This document shows positions 60,113 through 64,000 of a stretch of 64,000 nucleotides of DNA, piece by piece (within the stretch, counting starts at the first letter, position 1; the number at the start of each line of letters is the position of its first letter). The translations under genes and the position numbers were made by a program. The notes under the pieces are model-generated. The model saw only the letters and a list, made by a program, of their open reading frames with translations. It did no database searches and was not told where the DNA came from. Origin of the DNA: Tubiluchus corallicola. Lineage: Eukaryota; Animalia; Priapulida. The stretch spans positions 310,001 through 374,000 of the forward strand of contig JAQGDQ010000123.1 of the NCBI GenBank assembly GCA_030141605.1, given 5' to 3'.

Positions 60113-61989
60113 CTAAATTTAAGAAAGTTCAATGTTGCGTTAAAATTGTAAGACAGGAGTAAAACCAGTTACTGAGTGAGTAGCACGTTGGATTAAGGAG
60201 TCACCACTAGTGAAGGTGGATCCTAGTGAAGGGGCAGGTAGAGCATCATGAGTGATGACCCCAAAAATTATAATTAAAAAAAACTTTTTCTTTTTCAGGG
60301 AAATCTCAGCCTGAAAGCAGTAATTAGCGAGTTAAAAAGAATCATAATGTTTGTAATCAAACTCCAAACTCATAGATAAATTTTAAATGTCATCAAATTA
60401 GTTGGCTCTCAACTCAATAATAGATTTTTACACATTGAAATGTGATAACCCAATGAATAAATAAATACTAATGATGATGATGATGATGATGACAACGACG
60501 ACGACAACAACAACAATAATAGTTGATTAACTGAACAACAAAAGTGTGAAAAAATTGTGAGTCAACCAGGCAATTAGCAAGTTTACTTTTATTTCAATTG
60601 GTTAAATCTTGTGCAAGTAAAATAAGATACGTACAGAAATCCATGCTAAAAATTAATGATAGTTTAATTAATTAGTTATTAATGTGACATTCATTAGTTC
60701 TTGAGAGTTTTGGTTGCAAATGCTGCAATTAATTAAATTCATGAGCTCTGCTAAAACATTCAAATTTTCTTATTTCTATGATCAAATTGATAGAAAAACA
60801 GCAAAGCTGTGTTAACGTAATTTGTGATTGATGAGGCAAATTACTGAAACATTGGCGTGTGGTTAAAAATCAGTCATGGTGATTGTTAATTTGACATTTT
60901 GTCAAGTTTTCAGAAATTTGAAAAAGAGTTCCAAAAAATGCTTTACAAATAAATAGTTTCAGATACTGAGCTTCTATAAATGGCTTTTGCATGACAAACC
61001 TCCCACACAATTTACTTAAAATTTTACTGAATATCATATACAAACAACTAGTGCTTTAGAAAGAGAAAGGAACAGAGCTACAAGATGTCCTCTTTCAAAA
61101 ACATCATACAGTGTGGGTTAAGCAATTGTATAATTCCTTGTCGTTGACTTTTCTCTTGAATATTCTACTAAAAAATATTTTAATGTCCAATATAATAATT
61201 ATTTAAAGCAAACTTATTATTTCTATAGCAGACTTAGTGAAGTATTTGAGACGGGGTAGCAAAAGACAGCGGAGAGCCGTCATTGATTGTTCAGTACTGC
61301 ATGGACGTTTATTAGGTACTTTACATAATTTACATACTTTACTCATATACTTGTTCATGCCTTTGTTAATGAGTACAATACTTGTTGGCACACACTTTAA
61401 TTATGTGTAAAACGATAACAATTCCACGATTATGTGTAAAACGTTTTTGCAGGACGTTTGTTTGTCAATTTTAATAACAATATTGCTGCACACAGCGCTC
61501 ACTCGAAAAATTGTGACTACTAACGAGTGTTATTACCACTTACAATGAGCTATTTATTAAGCATAATAATTCCTGTATGCATCATTATACATTTTGGTAT
61601 GCCATTTTGTTATTAGTGTTACGTATCATTGAATGTACATTGCTTTTTGTGACAAATAATAATAAATCTAGAAACAAAGCGGTTTAGCTTTTACAAAATG
61701 CCAATGTATCACCTTAAGAAGCAATTGGTTAAATTAAATTCGGTGTAACTCAAACAGTCTAGAACAGTGTGACAAAAGCTGGCGATAAAAGCCTGACCTA
61801 CAGTGCAAAAACAATTACGTGCGTCATCAATTTTACAAATTGTTACACTACTTGACATCAATGACACCTTTGGTAACAGCGTCTCGCCCAAATTTTCTTA
61901 CAAAGCGCACGCTACTGAATTCAAGGTGTTATATCAACAATCAACGCACAGTCAAATGGTCGCGAGTTCGAGACACTTGCTGGCTGTTC

Positions 61990-62032
61990 TTATATATAGT
62001 TTCCCTTTTAGGCTAGCCGGCTTACTGATTGG
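61990..62032 (-). promoter_or_regulatory. CCAAT plus TATA promoter, candidate alternative FBXW7 promoter
   Basis: Minus-strand CCAAT at 62032-62028 and TATATATAA at 61998-61990, oriented toward FBXW7. Confidence 0.45.
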
Positions 62033-64000
62033 CATTACAATATCCTGGCGCGTCTATGAGGAAAGGAGGCACCTGAGATGAGCAGTGAAAGAGCTTATCA
62101 GTATGCTAAGACAGGAGCGCCGGCACAGTAAATAAATGAATGGGCCCAATAAATGAAAGAGGCCAGCGATAAAGTAGTAAAAATTGCACGAACACGTACG
62201 CATGTTTAACACAAAAAACATAATGCCTTATTGTTGCTTAGCAACTATTTTTGTTTTTAATGTTCTTGTTTCACACCGGTATATACTGTTTTAACACTTC
62301 TTATGTAATTTCCTGCTGATAATACCGCTAGAGTGAAAGCTTCTGAAATAATATAATGCTAGAAATGAGAGGTATAAGTTTTGCAAAAAAAAAATGGCAA
62401 AATGGCCATTTTTGGAGGCTTTTCGCCCCCGTTCCTCCCCTATATACCACTGAAATTATATATATGGTCATTGAGACTATAATGGGCATTATGTTTTTTA
62501 TGTTAAAGATGACAAGTCCCATATTTTAAACGTATGGATACTTACCATTCGTAGTATATGGATGTAAATTATAAAAAAAAACTGTAGTAGTACAGTAGAC
62601 GCTAAAAACCGTCTAAATTTCAATAGTATGTGTAAGAATAGGACGCAAAAATTTTTTGACATAGTATTCATTTTGTCAACACGTTACATCAACGCATGCC
62701 TACATGCCTATAATATAACAGCAGCACATTACTTGAAGTTTTCCAAACGCTAGACGGATATGGGTAACACAAAATTAACAGACATTACGTCGTCGTCGAT
62801 AATGGTAGAGACACTGAACAGTAATGAATGAATCTCTATTATTAACTCCCTACATAGGCAGATTTTGATGAAAACAAAAAAAGGAAGCAATTCCTTAGAT
62901 GGATCAAAAGTGAAGCCAAAAAAAATATTAGCGAATAAAGAAAAGGCACAGTATAAATAGAAATACATGTGTGTCGAAAAAAACTTCATAAAGTAAACAA
63001 GAGCTATGAATTACAATCGTCATAATCACTGGCTATTTAATTGACACGTTTTTCCTCATGAAGTGCACAAAGGAGTTGCAGAAGACTAGTAACCAAAAAG
63101 GCTAAAAAATGGGCTAGTAATGTAAGAACAACTGACAGAGAAAAACAGCGAAAAAAAGATAATATGGGACACAAGGGGGAAGGATAGAACATATTGTCAT
63201 CATCGCTATCGTCATCGTCATGGTCACCATCATCATCATCGCATTGCCTCAACTTGTATTTTTATGATATTATACAATACATTGAATACCATCACTACTA
63301 TACAAAACTACTAATGTACAACCCCAGTACAAGTATGGTTAGATTTGCTTTTGTGAACAACTGATTTAAAGCAACAAACAATTTAAAAGCAGCAAAGTAA
63401 GAGAAGTAAGTGAGTTTACTTTATGTCAATTTACATTACATACGAATATGAGTATTAGCTTATAATGTATAAAGAAAATCTACTTAATAAGAGGTTGTTC
63501 CGTAAAGTTAAACAGATATTTCATATTACAAAAGTGAAGATACATGGGATCATTACCAACAATATCTCTTGCTTCTTCATTTGAAAATGTGAACATCTTT
63601 ACTCTCTTTATAATAATTACACAAGTCGAAGGACGGAGAAGCACTGATTAGTTTCACTGTTAAATCAATATTCATTAAATGATAAATAAACAACACATGC
63701 CATGATGCCCGTACATCTTTATTGAACTGCACAGCAATTTGTAACTGATAAATCAATTTTTTGTAAAAAAAAACCTTGCCGCTATTTAGGAAGATTTACC
63801 GCTATTCCGTCTTTCTTGATAACTGAGGAGGACAGACCAAGAAAAAGAGAAAGAGAAACGGAAAAGAGCCAGAGAATGAAAAAGACACAGAAATAGGATC
63901 GCGAGAGAGAGAAAGAGACAGATCGTCGTTTGCTCCGAGTGTGTTCGGAATCAGACCAGCCGCCAATCAATACTTAATCAAAGGCCAAAAACAACAGTGC

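Noticed and set aside
62535-62560. Strong minus-strand donor ATG|gtaagt as an FBXW7 exon
   Set aside because: No credible exon body or promoter; AT-rich, repeat-like surroundings.
63037-63252. Asp-rich and hydrophobic 71-aa ORF
   Set aside because: Arises from a (GAT)n-like repeat and low complexity; no splice donor linking it to FBXW7.

Overview
AT-rich eukaryotic (invertebrate animal, inferred) genomic DNA with spliced genes, so the ORF track mostly shows single exons or antisense noise. I assembled five genes by hand from splice signals and checked exon phases. (1) A CBP/p300 acetyltransferase (+, 5' end outside the window, 28 exons to the stop at 20273). (2) Ribose-phosphate pyrophosphokinase PRPS (-, 7 exons, 318 aa). 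(3) An unrecognised 3-exon, 271-aa gene (-, 33807-35758). (4) Proteasome subunit PSMD1/Rpn2 (+, intronless CDS). (5) FBXW7/archipelago (-, at least 11 exons). Introns and intergenic DNA hold pogo/Tigger and hAT MITEs, LINE and Penelope remnants, a solo LTR and microsatellites. The best novelty candidate is the orphan gene. It reads like a membrane-anchored long-chain four-helix (IL-6/CNTF/LIF/Unpaired-type) cytokine with phase-0 introns and AU-rich elements. A TATA/Inr promoter, a Rel-like site and clusters of STAT (GAS) sites lie upstream, suggesting a possible invertebrate JAK/STAT ligand under feedback control. This is inference from sequence pattern only; no searches were run.
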